A stretch of DNA of 63,358 bases from a virus (taxonomy: Duplodnaviria > Caudoviricetes). Each line of letters opens with the position of its first letter. The stretch's first letter is position 1. Both the position numbers and the translations under genes were made by a program. Of the stretch, positions 36,210 through 45,902 are shown one piece after another. The DNA is taken from positions 1-63,358 of IMG/VR virus record IMGVR_UViG_3300030109_004835; one strand, 5' to 3'. The notes beneath the pieces are model-generated. The model searched no databases. It worked only from the letters and a program-made list of their open reading frames with translations, and had not been told where the DNA came from.

Positions 36210-39200
36210 TTAATAAGGGGTGTCTGTTTGAATGTCTGAAGTTGTCATGTTGGTCATCACTGCTGAGCCGCCGACAGGTTTTAACGACACATTGTCGATT
36301 GAGCCGACGAACGCTGCGGAGTTGTTAAACATAAGATATGCCTGTGACCCGTTGCTTACTACATACACCGTCTTCCTTCCCACAGTGTCAGAGGGAATTG
36401 ATGTAGTCGCAAATGCGGAACTACCTCCATCAAGGCGCAAGCCTGAACTTCCGTTCGTAGTTACAACATCATATTCAAGCCGGTAAGCGTGGATTCCAGC
36501 AAGGTTGATGTTTGCATTTTGATAAATAGTAGAGTTTGTAGCGTCAGGCCAATTAGCGACACCACCTGTGATTTCGGCGGTTCCTGTTAAAGTCCAGTTG
36601 CTGGAAGAGGAGAAGTCTCCGTTAGTGATTTCTTCGACGCCTATGTATTGCCCGCGGAGCTGCTTGATGGACACGTTGTCTATTTTAAACGAACCTGTAC
36701 CGCCATTGATAAACACCCTAAAACTGCCAGCAAATGTTGCAGTGAACACTGCTTCGTATGTTCGGAAGGTTGAGTCATAGTCAGCACTTGTCAGGTCACG
36801 GACAACTGTCGAGTTATACGCAAGGCGCAAAGTCTGAGTTCCAGAAACGTATTGGGCGTCAAAGGTCACTTTGTAGGTGCGCCCCGCTACAAGGTTTGAC
36901 GAGGTAAAGGGAAGATAGTTTCCATACCAAGTGCCAGCGTCAGGGTGAGTAAGCAGAAGAGCACCATCAGATGCTGAAGCTTGTAAGGAACCAGCAGGTG
37001 TCCAACCTGTTGCGCCGTTGCTAAAGTCCCCATTAGTAACCTCCTCGCTTCCTTCAGCTTCCAGTCCCTGAAAGATTATATCGTTGGTCCCGTCAGCAGC
37101 AGGACTTGTCGCGTCCCCCATGCGCCACCAGTGCAGCGCCTTGTCGCTCAAGTCGTATGCTCCGTGGTTGCTAGAAATGTCTATAGGGCGTCCGCGATTG
37201 AAAAGGCTACGAATCGATTCATCATCTAGGTCCTCATGGATGGAGAATTCGTCGATGCTTCCGTTGAAAGGATAGTGTTGAGAACCAATTTTAATGCCTG
37301 TCGTAAAAGCGGTTCCAGCACCGTCCCCAGTAGAGGTCGAGGAAACAGTCTGCAAAACACCGTCACACCAAAGTTTGCTTGCAGCTATGTCATCGTGCTT
37401 TTGATACACGGTCCAGTGGTGCCATTCACCGTCGTCTTGTGCGGGGTTGTCGTTCCAGAAAATATAATATCCAGTGCCGTTATAAAGAATGGGTTTGTCT
37501 CCCCAATTAAAGAAAAACACTCCACCTACACTTGCTCCGTGGTCCCAGACGGCAGTCCTTGATGTAGTGCTACTCTTGGCCCAGAAGCTGTAATAGCGAG
37601 TCGCTAAGGTTTTGTCCACCTGTGTCACCAAGTGGTCGTTGCTTCCGTCAAAGTTAATGCTCTTGGTGTTGGCCACCGCAGGCAGCGCATAGATTTGCTT
37701 GGGTGCTTCTGTCTGTATTGTGGCGTTGTTGATAACGCCGGTGTGTCCGTTGTATTCTTTGACGCTTACGTTGTCAAAATCTGTAAAGGCATCAGCAACG
37801 CTGCTTTCATTTCGGGAACGCAACATAAGATACGATGTGGTTGTGGTAGCAGTAAAGATTCCAGACTGCGTTGTAGTGTCTCCCTGACTGTCTGAACCAC
37901 CTCCGGCACCCAGATACACAAGGTTGCCCGCTCCAGTTCCGGTGCCGACAAAAGAATCATAGTTAGGACTCGTCCCTTTTGTGGCTTCAACCGTAACCGA
38001 ATATACACCACCAACCCTAGTCGTCATAAGTTGATAGGCGTATCTGTAAGAGCTGCTGCTTGTGACTCTCAGCTTTCCGTTGACTACCGACAAAGCTCCG
38101 CCGCCAATAGTAGTCCAATCCGTAGTCCCATTGCTGAAGTCTCCGTTAGTGATCATCTCGACCTCCCCCGGATTCGTTTGGTCAAAGAGCAGGTTATTCG
38201 TCCCGTCTGCCGCAGGGTCCGATGCGTCCCCCATCTTGTAATACGCTTGGAGATTGTCCCTGTAAATGTCGTAGGCCCCAGTCTTTGTGGTGACCGGCGT
38301 GGGCTCCCCTGCGTTGTAGAGGGCCTTCACGGCGTCCGCATCGAGCACCGTGTCCCAGATAGCTACTTCATCTATGCTGCCCGTGCAACAAAACGAGGTG
38401 CTGTAATAACCCCCAATAATTACTTTGCGTCCAATAAAATCTAAATCGGTGACTGAGGGAACTGATCCTGAAGTGCTTGAAGGGGTTTGTCTTACGCCGT
38501 CAATATATACGCCAGTTTCGTCCGCGTCTCCGCCTTTAAACACAAAGCAAAGGTGCTGCCACTTATTGATATAATCAAAAGCAATAAAAATTCGGTAGCC
38601 AACATCGTTCAATCGAAACTCTAGTCGATTACTACCTGCTTGTAGAATCACATCAACCTCCCCATGGCCTTCAAAATTTGCTGTTCCAATGCTAAACAAC
38701 CCGTGATTGCTGTTTTTACTGCTATCAGTTTCGTGGACGTTGACCCACATTGAAACGGTAATCTCAGGTACGTCGTCTCCGAATGCTGCGCTTATACCTG
38801 TTCCGCAATCCACGAAGTCATCCGTCCCATCAAACGCCATGCTCTTCGCGCTCCCTGCGCTGGGCAGATTCTTGCACTGCTTGGGGACGCTTTCGGTGAC
38901 CTCTTTGACGGAGATGTTATCCCAAGCTACAGTTCCATCACTTGTTCCTGCTTGCTTTGCATAGAAACTGAATTGCGTGCTACTTCCCGCAGCGGTGAAA
39001 GTAATCTTGTGTGCGCCTAAATCGGTGCCCTCTATGAGGGTCGCGTTTGCGGTCTGATTGTAAACTTCCCACTTCGTTGAGGTGCGAGAGATTATCTGGA
39101 ATGACATCGTATATTTTCTGCCATTCACCGTTGTTATCGTCTGCGTCATTCCCCCACGGTCATCTGTCCCCACTGCGCCAGTAATAGCTGTGCCAGCACT

Positions 39201-40436
39201 CCACGTTACTGTTCCCCCTGAATACGCGGCCCAACCACTTACATCCGTATCAAACGTCCCATTAGTAACCAGCTCCGTGCCGCCGTCCGCTTGAATCTCT
39301 GGGGCATTAACAAGGGTGCCCACGTTCTGGACCTCCTTTAGACTCACGTTGTCTATTGTGAAATCACACGGGTCCGAGCCTTGCACTCTAATGTATGTGG
39401 CGCTAGATGCTGTAAATAGTTTTACAATTTTCCCATTAACTATGTCAGAAGCACCAAAGTCCTGAGCCACCGCGCCTTGCACCCGAATGATTCCTTGCAC
39501 ATAACGGCTTACCTCTATTTCAAGTTGATAGCTTTTGCCCGCTTCACTTACCACCCCCGAAGTCAGTCTCATGGTAGTAGCTGATGCCGTGAAGAAGTTG
39601 GCACTACCCAAGCCGGTTCCTCCGCTTCCTTCCCCACTACCAACTTGACTAATAACGCCGCCGCCGGAGTTGTTATTTGAGTCCTTGTGATTCCAAGTAG
39701 CGATGGTGTCAGTGTCTGTCCAAGTGCTCAGGTCACCATTAGTGACCTTCTCACTACTCAGTCCACCATTCGGTCCTTGGTCAAACAGCAGGTTCTCGTC
39801 CCCATCGCTCTTACCGTCCAGCTTGCCTTCCCCCATGCGATACCAGTGGGCAAGGTTTGGGTTAGTTCTTATTTTAGTCGGCTGCCCGTTGTTATATAAG
39901 GCGTCTATTTCGCGAGCTGTAAGTGCTGAAGAGAAGACAGCAAACTCGTCAATCGACGCATTCATAAAATCTTGGGCAGTACTTCCGTTATTTGTAACCG
40001 CGCCGATAAGCAGATTTGCGCTAGGGTTGTTAGCACTGTTTTGCGTGTACGCCAGCGTGTCACGAGCAACACCATCCAAGTAAAAAGTAGCAGTGCCCCC
40101 TTCAGCAACCATCGCTATGTGGTGCCATGTATTGACCTTGAGAAAGCTACTTAAATCGGCACCTGAACCAAGGTTGTTGGTGTTTTGCACCCCCATTCCT
40201 GCGGTCGCGTTATAAAAACCGAGGTAGAATCTTTTACCGTTGTGTGTTCCGGAAAGCTGCGCTCCCGACAAGTCACCCATCTTGACCCAATAAGCCATGG
40301 TCGCATTGGTGTGGATGAAATCGGGCTGAACACCTGTGTCCACATAGCCGTCCGACCCGTCGAACTTGGTGGAAGAACGAGTTACGAATTTCCGAAAGCG
40401 TTTTGCTTTCTGGCTATTTCCCAATCCTAAATGCAT
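36210..40436 (-). CDS. LamG/concanavalin-like and CBM-like repeat virion protein
   Basis: Three FDGxxD...WHH...IDE.A...LYN.G.P units plus repeated ExxTNGDF...IDNVSxKE modules. Confidence 0.85.
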   Translation of the reverse strand: MHLGLGNSQKAKRFRKFVTRSSTKFDGSDGYVDTGVQPDFIHTNATMAYWVKMGDLSGAQLSGTHNGKRFYLGFYNATAGMGVQNTNNLGSGADLSSFLKVNTWHHIAMVAEGGTATFYLDGVARDTLAYTQNSANNPSANLLIGAVTNNGSTAQDFMNASIDEFAVFSSALTAREIDALYNNGQPTKIRTNPNLAHWYRMGEGKLDGKSDGDENLLFDQGPNGGLSSEKVTNGDLSTWTDTDTIATWNHKDSNNNSGGGVISQVGSGEGSGGTGLGSANFFTASATTMRLTSGVVSEAGKSYQLEIEVSRYVQGIIRVQGAVAQDFGASDIVNGKIVKLFTASSATYIRVQGSDPCDFTIDNVSLKEVQNVGTLVNAPEIQADGGTELVTNGTFDTDVSGWAAYSGGTVTWSAGTAITGAVGTDDRGGMTQTITTVNGRKYTMSFQIISRTSTKWEVYNQTANATLIEGTDLGAHKITFTAAGSSTQFSFYAKQAGTSDGTVAWDNISVKEVTESVPKQCKNLPSAGSAKSMAFDGTDDFVDCGTGISAAFGDDVPEITVSMWVNVHETDSSKNSNHGLFSIGTANFEGHGEVDVILQAGSNRLEFRLNDVGYRIFIAFDYINKWQHLCFVFKGGDADETGVYIDGVRQTPSSTSGSVPSVTDLDFIGRKVIIGGYYSTSFCCTGSIDEVAIWDTVLDADAVKALYNAGEPTPVTTKTGAYDIYRDNLQAYYKMGDASDPAADGTNNLLFDQTNPGEVEMITNGDFSNGTTDWTTIGGGALSVVNGKLRVTSSSSYRYAYQLMTTRVGGVYSVTVEATKGTSPNYDSFVGTGTGAGNLVYLGAGGGSDSQGDTTTQSGIFTATTTTSYLMLRSRNESSVADAFTDFDNVSVKEYNGHTGVINNATIQTEAPKQIYALPAVANTKSINFDGSNDHLVTQVDKTLATRYYSFWAKSSTTSRTAVWDHGASVGGVFFFNWGDKPILYNGTGYYIFWNDNPAQDDGEWHHWTVYQKHDDIAASKLWCDGVLQTVSSTSTGDGAGTAFTTGIKIGSQHYPFNGSIDEFSIHEDLDDESIRSLFNRGRPIDISSNHGAYDLSDKALHWWRMGDATSPAADGTNDIIFQGLEAEGSEEVTNGDFSNGATGWTPAGSLQASASDGALLLTHPDAGTWYGNYLPFTSSNLVAGRTYKVTFDAQYVSGTQTLRLAYNSTVVRDLTSADYDSTFRTYEAVFTATFAGSFRVFINGGTGSFKIDNVSIKQLRGQYIGVEEITNGDFSSSSNWTLTGTAEITGGVANWPDATNSTIYQNANINLAGIHAYRLEYDVVTTNGSSGLRLDGGSSAFATTSIPSDTVGRKTVYVVSNGSQAYLMFNNSAAFVGSIDNVSLKPVGGSAVMTNMTTSDIQTDTPY

Positions 40437-40696
40437 TACGCAGCTTTGTAAGCAAGCACTTTGCCGCTAGTCAGTTGGAAAGCGGTGATCTGGCCGAAGA
40501 TAGAAGAACCTTCGGGGAAGACTACAGAACCCGACGCTACGGTGTCGCCGTCTAGTTCTGGCCATGTCAGTGAGGTAAACACTGTGTCTTCTAAAAAGAA
40601 GATAGAACAGAAATCACCTGTTACAGCAGTAGTCCCAGATTCAAAAGTCGCTCCGGCCTGCCCGAAGGATTGTTTTTCGATGTTGTTGGTTGCCAT
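40436..40696 (-). CDS. Small structural protein
   Basis: 86 aa beta-rich, ends LTSGKVLAY; TAATG coupling. Confidence 0.65.
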   Translation of the reverse strand: MATNNIEKQSFGQAGATFESGTTAVTGDFCSIFFLEDTVFTSLTWPELDGDTVASGSVVFPEGSSIFGQITAFQLTSGKVLAYKAA

Positions 40697-40713
40697 GATT
40701 GTTGGTTGTTAAA

Positions 40714-41343
40714 TTATGCTTCAGTGAGGGTGTATCTAAATTTAGTGATATAGACTAAATTAACTGTCGTCGAAGCGTCGTAGCCGTTCGCTGTTCCTTC
40801 ACCTGTCTTTAAATCTTTTTTAGTTACCCCATCTAACTCAAAAACAGTGCCTGTAGTAGGTGAATCAATTTCAACAAGTAGGTCGTTAGCAAAGTCTCCG
40901 CCTGATGAAGCTGTCATTATAGCAGTGCCTACATGCACTGTAGGAGAGCCTCCAAATACTATTCCCCCAGCAGTTGTAACTGAAACTACATCTGCGTTGG
41001 TAACATTACCTGCAACGTCAGCTTTTACTTTAGCGGGGCCAGTGGGACCAACTGAGATAAGGTTAGCTACTTTAGCTGGAATACTAATATCGTAATTAGT
41101 CCCATCAAAGCTAACTCCTAAGGCTCCAAAGTTATTGTCATTCTTTATGAGCAACAAACCTTCGGCCCCATCTATAGTGCCGGGATCAAGTAACGCGCCC
41201 CCGACTACCGCCCGACCACCACCAGCAGAATAGTCATGGGCCTCATTAGCATTGGTAAGAGTAGAGGCGGTCGTATTAAAAGTCTCGCTATGGTTATGTG
41301 TCCCATAGACCAAAGAAACCGAGCCTGTGATATTGGTGGCCAT
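40714..41343 (-). CDS. Putative structural protein
   Basis: 209 aa Gly/Thr-rich; promoter TTGAAC-17-TAAAGT-6 nt-ATG at 41350-41378. Confidence 0.65.
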   Translation of the reverse strand: MATNITGSVSLVYGTHNHSETFNTTASTLTNANEAHDYSAGGGRAVVGGALLDPGTIDGAEGLLLIKNDNNFGALGVSFDGTNYDISIPAKVANLISVGPTGPAKVKADVAGNVTNADVVSVTTAGGIVFGGSPTVHVGTAIMTASSGGDFANDLLVEIDSPTTGTVFELDGVTKKDLKTGEGTANGYDASTTVNLVYITKFRYTLTEA

Positions 41344-41374
41344 AAACTTACTTTACAGGATTTGGGGGTGAGGT

Positions 41375-41719
41375 TCAAGGCTTGGGCTTGGTCATCATCT
41401 TCTCGACAACCATCAAAAACCCATCCCCCTTATCGGCTTTCATCTCACCCCCGTGGCTACTCATTACGTAATCTCGTACAGAATCGAGATAATCAGTAGC
41501 GAGGATGATCTTCTTTTTAACCCATTCTTCCTGCATATGGTGGGAAGTACACTCAGACAGGTGTTGGAGAAGTTCTCCTGCATTTTTATGAAGGTTAGTA
41601 AGCTGGTGCATAACCATTTTATGGCCTTCACCAGAACCCTTATCCGTAGAATGGTGCCCTTTATTCTCTGGAGAATCGACAGGGACCATTTTACCCTGCT
41701 CACTTTTGTCGTACATCAC
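41375..41719 (-). CDS. Hypothetical protein
   Basis: EWVKKKIILATDYLDSVRDY helical motif; ATGA overlap. Confidence 0.6.
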   Translation of the reverse strand: MMYDKSEQGKMVPVDSPENKGHHSTDKGSGEGHKMVMHQLTNLHKNAGELLQHLSECTSHHMQEEWVKKKIILATDYLDSVRDYVMSSHGGEMKADKGDGFLMVVEKMMTKPKP

Positions 41720-42081
41720 TCCATCTCCCTAAACATCTTCAGGGCAAATTGGTTGGGGTTTAAGTCCGCATACTCTGGGTCACCCATTTTTTCAACTATT
41801 TGCTCCATGAGCATTGCGTGATCCTCAGTCTCAGGGTCAAATTCAGAACCAAAAATAGCCATGAATAACTCTTTAGCCATTTCAACCATTTGATCCTCTT
41901 TCTCCGTGTCCTCATCGACACCTTCTTCAGGGGCTTGTTCTGGTTCGGGTTCCTCAGCTTGCTCTGGTTCGGGCTCCTCAGCTTGCTCTGGTTCAGCCTC
42001 TTCAGGGGACTTAGAAGCCATAGCGGACTCTACCGCCTCCATGAACATCTGTTCATCATCCATATCTTTTGTCTTAGCCAT
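41716..42081 (-). CDS. Acidic protein with EPEPEQAE repeats
   Basis: 27-bp coding repeats at ~41935-42003. Confidence 0.65.
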   Translation of the reverse strand: MAKTKDMDDEQMFMEAVESAMASKSPEEAEPEQAEEPEPEQAEEPEPEQAPEEGVDEDTEKEDQMVEMAKELFMAIFGSEFDPETEDHAMLMEQIVEKMGDPEYADLNPNQFALKMFREME

Positions 42082-42093
42082 CGTTTTAGTAGG

Positions 42094-42140
42094 TAAAAGA
42101 AATCCCGAACCCCGAAGGGTTACTCAGGGGTTCGGGATTT
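42094..42140 (-). terminator. Rho-independent terminator
   Basis: AAATCCCGAACCCC / GGGGTTCGGGATTT stem, T-rich tail on minus strand. Confidence 0.75.
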
Positions 42141-42162
42141 ATGGTTAGGGGTGAGGGGCGGG

Positions 42163-42354
42163 TTACAGCGCGACGTTTAGTGCTGCGGCCAGCACTTTAA
42201 GTGTGACTACTTTAGCCTTTTGCTCAGACACATCAAAAACTTGAATAAGGTCATTTTCATGAATCTGGGTAGTGACATCTGTGCTGTCGCCACTCCCTAC
42301 AAGGTTAATTGAAGTGAGTGTTTCAATCGTGGGGGCATCATCAAGAGTTGGCAT
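42163..42354 (-). CDS. Small putative capsid-associated protein
   Basis: 63 aa directly downstream of capsid gene. Confidence 0.6.
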   Translation of the reverse strand: MPTLDDAPTIETLTSINLVGSGDSTDVTTQIHENDLIQVFDVSEQKAKVVTLKVLAAALNVAL

Positions 42355-42372
42355 GATATAAAGTGGTTTAGC

Positions 42373-42403
42373 GCGGGGTGGCAGTGATTAACCGCCACCC
42401 CGC
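42373..42403 (-). terminator. GC-rich hairpin after capsid gene (weak terminator/stabiliser)
   Basis: GCGGGGTGGCGGT-loop-ACTGCCACCCCGC on minus strand; no strong U-tract. Confidence 0.55.
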
Positions 42404-42418
42404 ACAAGTTATGATACC

Positions 42419-43780
42419 TTACGCAGCAGGGGTGCTGCTGGTGCGCTTGAACAAGATGACGTAACCGAAGTCAGTCTTAATTGGCTTCGATGCGCTGGCC
42501 ATAATGCCGCGGAAGAAACCAATCGTGCCATCTGGATTACGCTGAACGTCAGGGATATTCGTCCATTTGAAGTCGCCCTTGTATGATACAGGATCAAAGG
42601 CGAGGCCGTTCACATTACCAATAGGTGCCGGAATCAGAGACTCCATTACGTCTTGGTGCAGGATGTAAGCAACCTCAACATCTGCGCTGTCATAAGCGGC
42701 GTTGATCTGGACCTTGTTGTTGGTCACATCAACGTCATAAACAGGCACATTAACCAGCTTTTCACTAGAAAGTGTGAGGTTGAAACGAGGAGCCATGTCG
42801 TCAATCAGGTGGTAGAACCCTCTGAAGGACTTTTCGACACCGAGTGGAGCGATGAGGTCAGAGACCTTAGCGTTGTTGTAACGCACATCATCGCGGAACC
42901 CTGCTTCAGTCATAAGCTGATAGGAGGCCTCAGAGGAACACACGAGGGTGAACACTGGGCGACCATTCTCACGGCCAAAGGCATTGTTGCCTGCACCCTT
43001 ACGCACGAGCTGGAAGTAGATCTTATCCAGAAGAGCGTTAGAAATGTTAGCGTCGGTGTCGATAGCATCGTTGTCAGTGCCATCTCCACCAGTGGTAAGA
43101 GCAGTGTCATCAATATCAAGCAGATCACCGGATGGACCGTGTGTTGCCTTACCTTCTGCACCAGTAGTGAAACGGGAGGCGGCGGCTTTAGCATACACAA
43201 CATTGTCGCAAATCTGGTCATACTGCTGACGATAGCGGTCTTCCCAAGACTGACGAGTAGACTCCTTAAGGAGATCCATGATAGCCCGAAGCTGCTCGGC
43301 GCGGTGTGCGGCGTAGCGAAGTTCCTCGACGTTAATCCGAGGAGACTCGATCACAGCACGGCTGAGGCTGTAGGACTTGAGCTGCTTTGAGAAGTCAATG
43401 ATGTTGACGTTTGCATCTTCCGTTGGAAGGCTCGCAGTAGTCTCAGTTTGACCACCAGTGAATCCCCGTGAGGCAGAAGCTTGAGTAACGCCCAGTGCGG
43501 ACCAGTCGGTTCCGACAGACTGACCAGACCCATCTCCAAGATCTTTGTCAAGAGGAGTGATAGGCAGCGCACGATCATAAATGAGCGTGTTCAGGGTGTA
43601 GCCCATCCCTTCTGGGAAGGTCGCTTGCTTAATAAGGTCCATCCAAGGACTGGTGTGAAGAGTCGCTTTGTGGATGTCCTGCCCAATCCGACCAGCTTCC
43701 TGAGTCAGAATGGTGTTAATATTGTCAACTGCGCCATCAGCGCCGACATTGATAAGAGTTCCGGGAGGTCCGAATGCCAT
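42419..43780 (-). CDS. Major capsid protein
   Basis: 453 aa after portal and scaffold; own strong promoter, long leader and downstream hairpin. Confidence 0.75.
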   Translation of the reverse strand: MAFGPPGTLINVGADGAVDNINTILTQEAGRIGQDIHKATLHTSPWMDLIKQATFPEGMGYTLNTLIYDRALPITPLDKDLGDGSGQSVGTDWSALGVTQASASRGFTGGQTETTASLPTEDANVNIIDFSKQLKSYSLSRAVIESPRINVEELRYAAHRAEQLRAIMDLLKESTRQSWEDRYRQQYDQICDNVVYAKAAASRFTTGAEGKATHGPSGDLLDIDDTALTTGGDGTDNDAIDTDANISNALLDKIYFQLVRKGAGNNAFGRENGRPVFTLVCSSEASYQLMTEAGFRDDVRYNNAKVSDLIAPLGVEKSFRGFYHLIDDMAPRFNLTLSSEKLVNVPVYDVDVTNNKVQINAAYDSADVEVAYILHQDVMESLIPAPIGNVNGLAFDPVSYKGDFKWTNIPDVQRNPDGTIGFFRGIMASASKPIKTDFGYVILFKRTSSTPAA

Positions 43781-43869
43781 TGTATTATATAGTAAGAAAT
43801 TAAGTAGAAATAGACCTAGATCCCTACTGAGGGAAAGGCCAAGAAGAGTTGTAGGTGAATCCCGCTTCT

Positions 43870-43963
43870 TAGAACTAGTTAATGGCTAGAGCAACCAGCG
43901 TTCTTCTATAAGGGTCAGAGCCCAGTTGTGTGCAACTAGAACTATTTTATGGCTAGAGCAACC
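43870..43963 (-). repeat. Tandem 27-nt motif in capsid-gene leader
   Basis: GGTTGCTCTAGCCAT(AAAA/TAAC)TAGTTCTA at 43937-43963 and 43870-43896. Confidence 0.85.
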
Positions 43964-43984
43964 GTCGCACGCTATATGTGAGGT

Positions 43985-44013
43985 ATTATTGTGGAAAACC
44001 ATATCTGTGTCAA
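43985..44013 (-). promoter_or_regulatory. Sigma70-type promoter for capsid gene
   Basis: TTGACA-17-AATAAT, ~200 nt upstream of ATG 43780. Confidence 0.6.
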
Positions 44014-44062
44014 TACACTATTTTCTGGACATCCCTGCTCGCGAAACTTAAAACGAATTACC

Positions 44063-44272
44063 ATGAAAACTAAACTACTAGGGATTGTAGCAATTGTCCC
44101 ATTTTGTCTGGCCTCCTGCTCTACAGCAGATCTGGGTGGGCAAGTGCCCCTCCCTTTTACATCCCCATCAACGTCAGCAAAGCTGGACCTCGAACTCCGG
44201 CCTATGCCCCCCAAGTTCTGTATTGGGCTAGACTTGATTCCTACAGAAGAAGAGCCTTCAACTGAAAAGTAA
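44063..44272 (+). CDS. Small lipoprotein
   Basis: MKTKLLGIVAIVPFCLAS-C signal II/lipobox. Confidence 0.75.
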   Translation: MKTKLLGIVAIVPFCLASCSTADLGGQVPLPFTSPSTSAKLDLELRPMPPKFCIGLDLIPTEEEPSTEK

Positions 44273-44276
44273 CCGG

Positions 44277-44339
44277 ATGAAGCCAAAAAAGCCTAAGCCA
44301 AAGGGCAGCGGTAAGCCGAAGCCCAAGGGCACATACTAA
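44277..44339 (+). CDS. 20-aa Lys/Pro micropeptide
   Basis: MKPKKPKPKGSGKPKPKGTY between lipoprotein stop and terminator. Confidence 0.45.
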   Translation: MKPKKPKPKGSGKPKPKGTY

Positions 44340-44340
44340 A

Positions 44341-44380
44341 ATAAAGCCCGTCCTGAAGTAGCTGTCAGGGCGGGGTTTAT
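44341..44380. terminator. Probable bidirectional terminator
   Basis: ATAAAGCCCGTCCTGA / TCAGGGCGGGGTTTAT between convergent genes. Confidence 0.6.
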
Positions 44381-44435
44381 GTCTAAATCATCGACATGTT
44401 CTGAAAACGTGTCGATTTACCGTGACTCAAGGTTT

Positions 44436-44639
44436 TCACGGGGGTGGGTTGGGGGAACCTCTAGTATAAATCGTGTTGCCTGAAGGGTGCGAATTCTGGG
44501 GGTCGTAGATGTGTTGTTCTTTCTTCACATTGGTGAAACTCTCGTAAACTCGGAACGCGGCTTCAATCACAAGGCCGGTCAGAATCATCGTAATTGCGAC
44601 AACCACAATGGTTTCCGTAAATGTAGCCGCCTTTTTCAC
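44436..44639 (-). CDS. Small prepilin-like membrane protein
   Basis: MKKA-ATFTETIVVVAITMILTGL resembles a class III signal (G-FTLIELLVVIAIIAIL); promoter TTACAT-17-TATGAT at 44648-44676. Confidence 0.55.
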   Translation of the reverse strand: MKKAATFTETIVVVAITMILTGLVIEAAFRVYESFTNVKKEQHIYDPQNSHPSGNTIYTRGSPNPPP

Positions 44640-44699
44640 GCCCTACCATCATACCAGATAGGCGGGCTTGATGTAATTGCCCTATTGGGTGACGTATGG

Positions 44700-45902
44700 C
44701 TAACCGCCTAGAGCGGCTGCAATGCTTTCTTCAAAGCTCATCTCTCCGGTGACACCGGACGGCGAAGCTGTGCTTTTGGTCTGCCCCGACATTGCTGGTT
44801 CAGCAGACTCATAATCTGCAAGTCTGTCTGTCAAAAGCTCATTTTCTTTACGCATAGAGACGTAAGCTTTGACTACATTTGGCAAAAGCTGGGCAGATAC
44901 AGCATTATAAGCGTAATCAACGGGGTGTATTACAGAAGGGTCGCTCTCTGCGGCTTTAGTTTGGATGGCCTCCATGTCTAAATTGTCTAACCCAGCCAAG
45001 AAAGGCAGCTTTTGCCGCACCCTTTCCACCACATTTCGGGTAACATTAGCCCTTAAAGTTGCTTTTTCAGCCGCTTTTTGGGCTTCTTCTTTCTCTTCCA
45101 GAGCTTTAGCCTCGCCCAAAGCCTCCTCTGCATTGTCAAAAAGGTGCTGTCTACGTTGAACTATTGGCTCGATATCCTCTAAAATACGGTAAATCTTAGC
45201 TTTATCCCTGTCTGTAGCCTGCGGGAGTAGTTCATCAAGCTGCTCATCCTGCTGTTCTGGGTCATCTAGGGCTAATATATCGACCAAAGTGTCAGGATCT
45301 ACTTCGTATTTATCTGCAATTTGGTCTGCTTGCTCCATCAAAGCTGATAAAGGCTCGGTAATAGCCTCTTTATAGGCCTCAGTAGCCTCCAAATTAGTAA
45401 ACATTTGCTGCTGTTCAAAGTCAGCTAACTTGGTCTGTAGCTGCTCAACGTCCTTATTTTCAGCTAACCCCGTCAATTCTTTGATTTTAGCCTCATATTC
45501 TGTCTGTTGTTGACGTAAAGCCTCTAATTCGGTGCGATTAGTCTTTAGTTCTGTTTTAAGCTCCTTGAATCGAGATGCAGCTTTCGGGGTCCAGTCGTCG
45601 CCAATATCCTCAGTAAGGGCCTCGATAGGCTCTTCGCTGGTATTTTCTTCAGCAACTGGTTCTTCAGTAGGTTCTTCGGCAACTGGTTCTTCAGTAAGTT
45701 CCTCAACAACTGGTTCTTCAGTAGGTTCTTCAGCGACTGGTTCTTCAGTAGGTTCTTCAGCGACTGGTTCTTCTGCTGTATTCCCAAGCCCCGCGAGGGC
45801 TGCTTCTAATGAATCTTCAAAAGAAAGATCTTCGCCCCCTACATCAGGGAGTGCTTCTACGCTAGGTGCGTCCTCTACTACGGATTCTGTATGTGAGTCC
45901 AT
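44700..45902 (-). CDS. Capsid scaffolding protein
   Basis: Acidic, EEPVAEEPT tandem repeats (~45645-45773), coiled coil, between portal and capsid. Confidence 0.7.
   Translation of the reverse strand: MDSHTESVVEDAPSVEALPDVGGEDLSFEDSLEAALAGLGNTAEEPVAEEPTEEPVAEEPTEEPVVEELTEEPVAEEPTEEPVAEENTSEEPIEALTEDIGDDWTPKAASRFKELKTELKTNRTELEALRQQQTEYEAKIKELTGLAENKDVEQLQTKLADFEQQQMFTNLEATEAYKEAITEPLSALMEQADQIADKYEVDPDTLVDILALDDPEQQDEQLDELLPQATDRDKAKIYRILEDIEPIVQRRQHLFDNAEEALGEAKALEEKEEAQKAAEKATLRANVTRNVVERVRQKLPFLAGLDNLDMEAIQTKAAESDPSVIHPVDYAYNAVSAQLLPNVVKAYVSMRKENELLTDRLADYESAEPAMSGQTKSTASPSGVTGEMSFEESIAAALGG

Noticed and set aside
42409-42597. Frameshift extension of the capsid protein
   Set aside because: The alternate frame ends only 10 nt past the capsid stop and no slippery site was recognised
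45645-45773. 27-bp tandem repeats as CRISPR or non-coding array
   Set aside because: No spacers; in-frame EEPVAEEPT coding repeats of the scaffold
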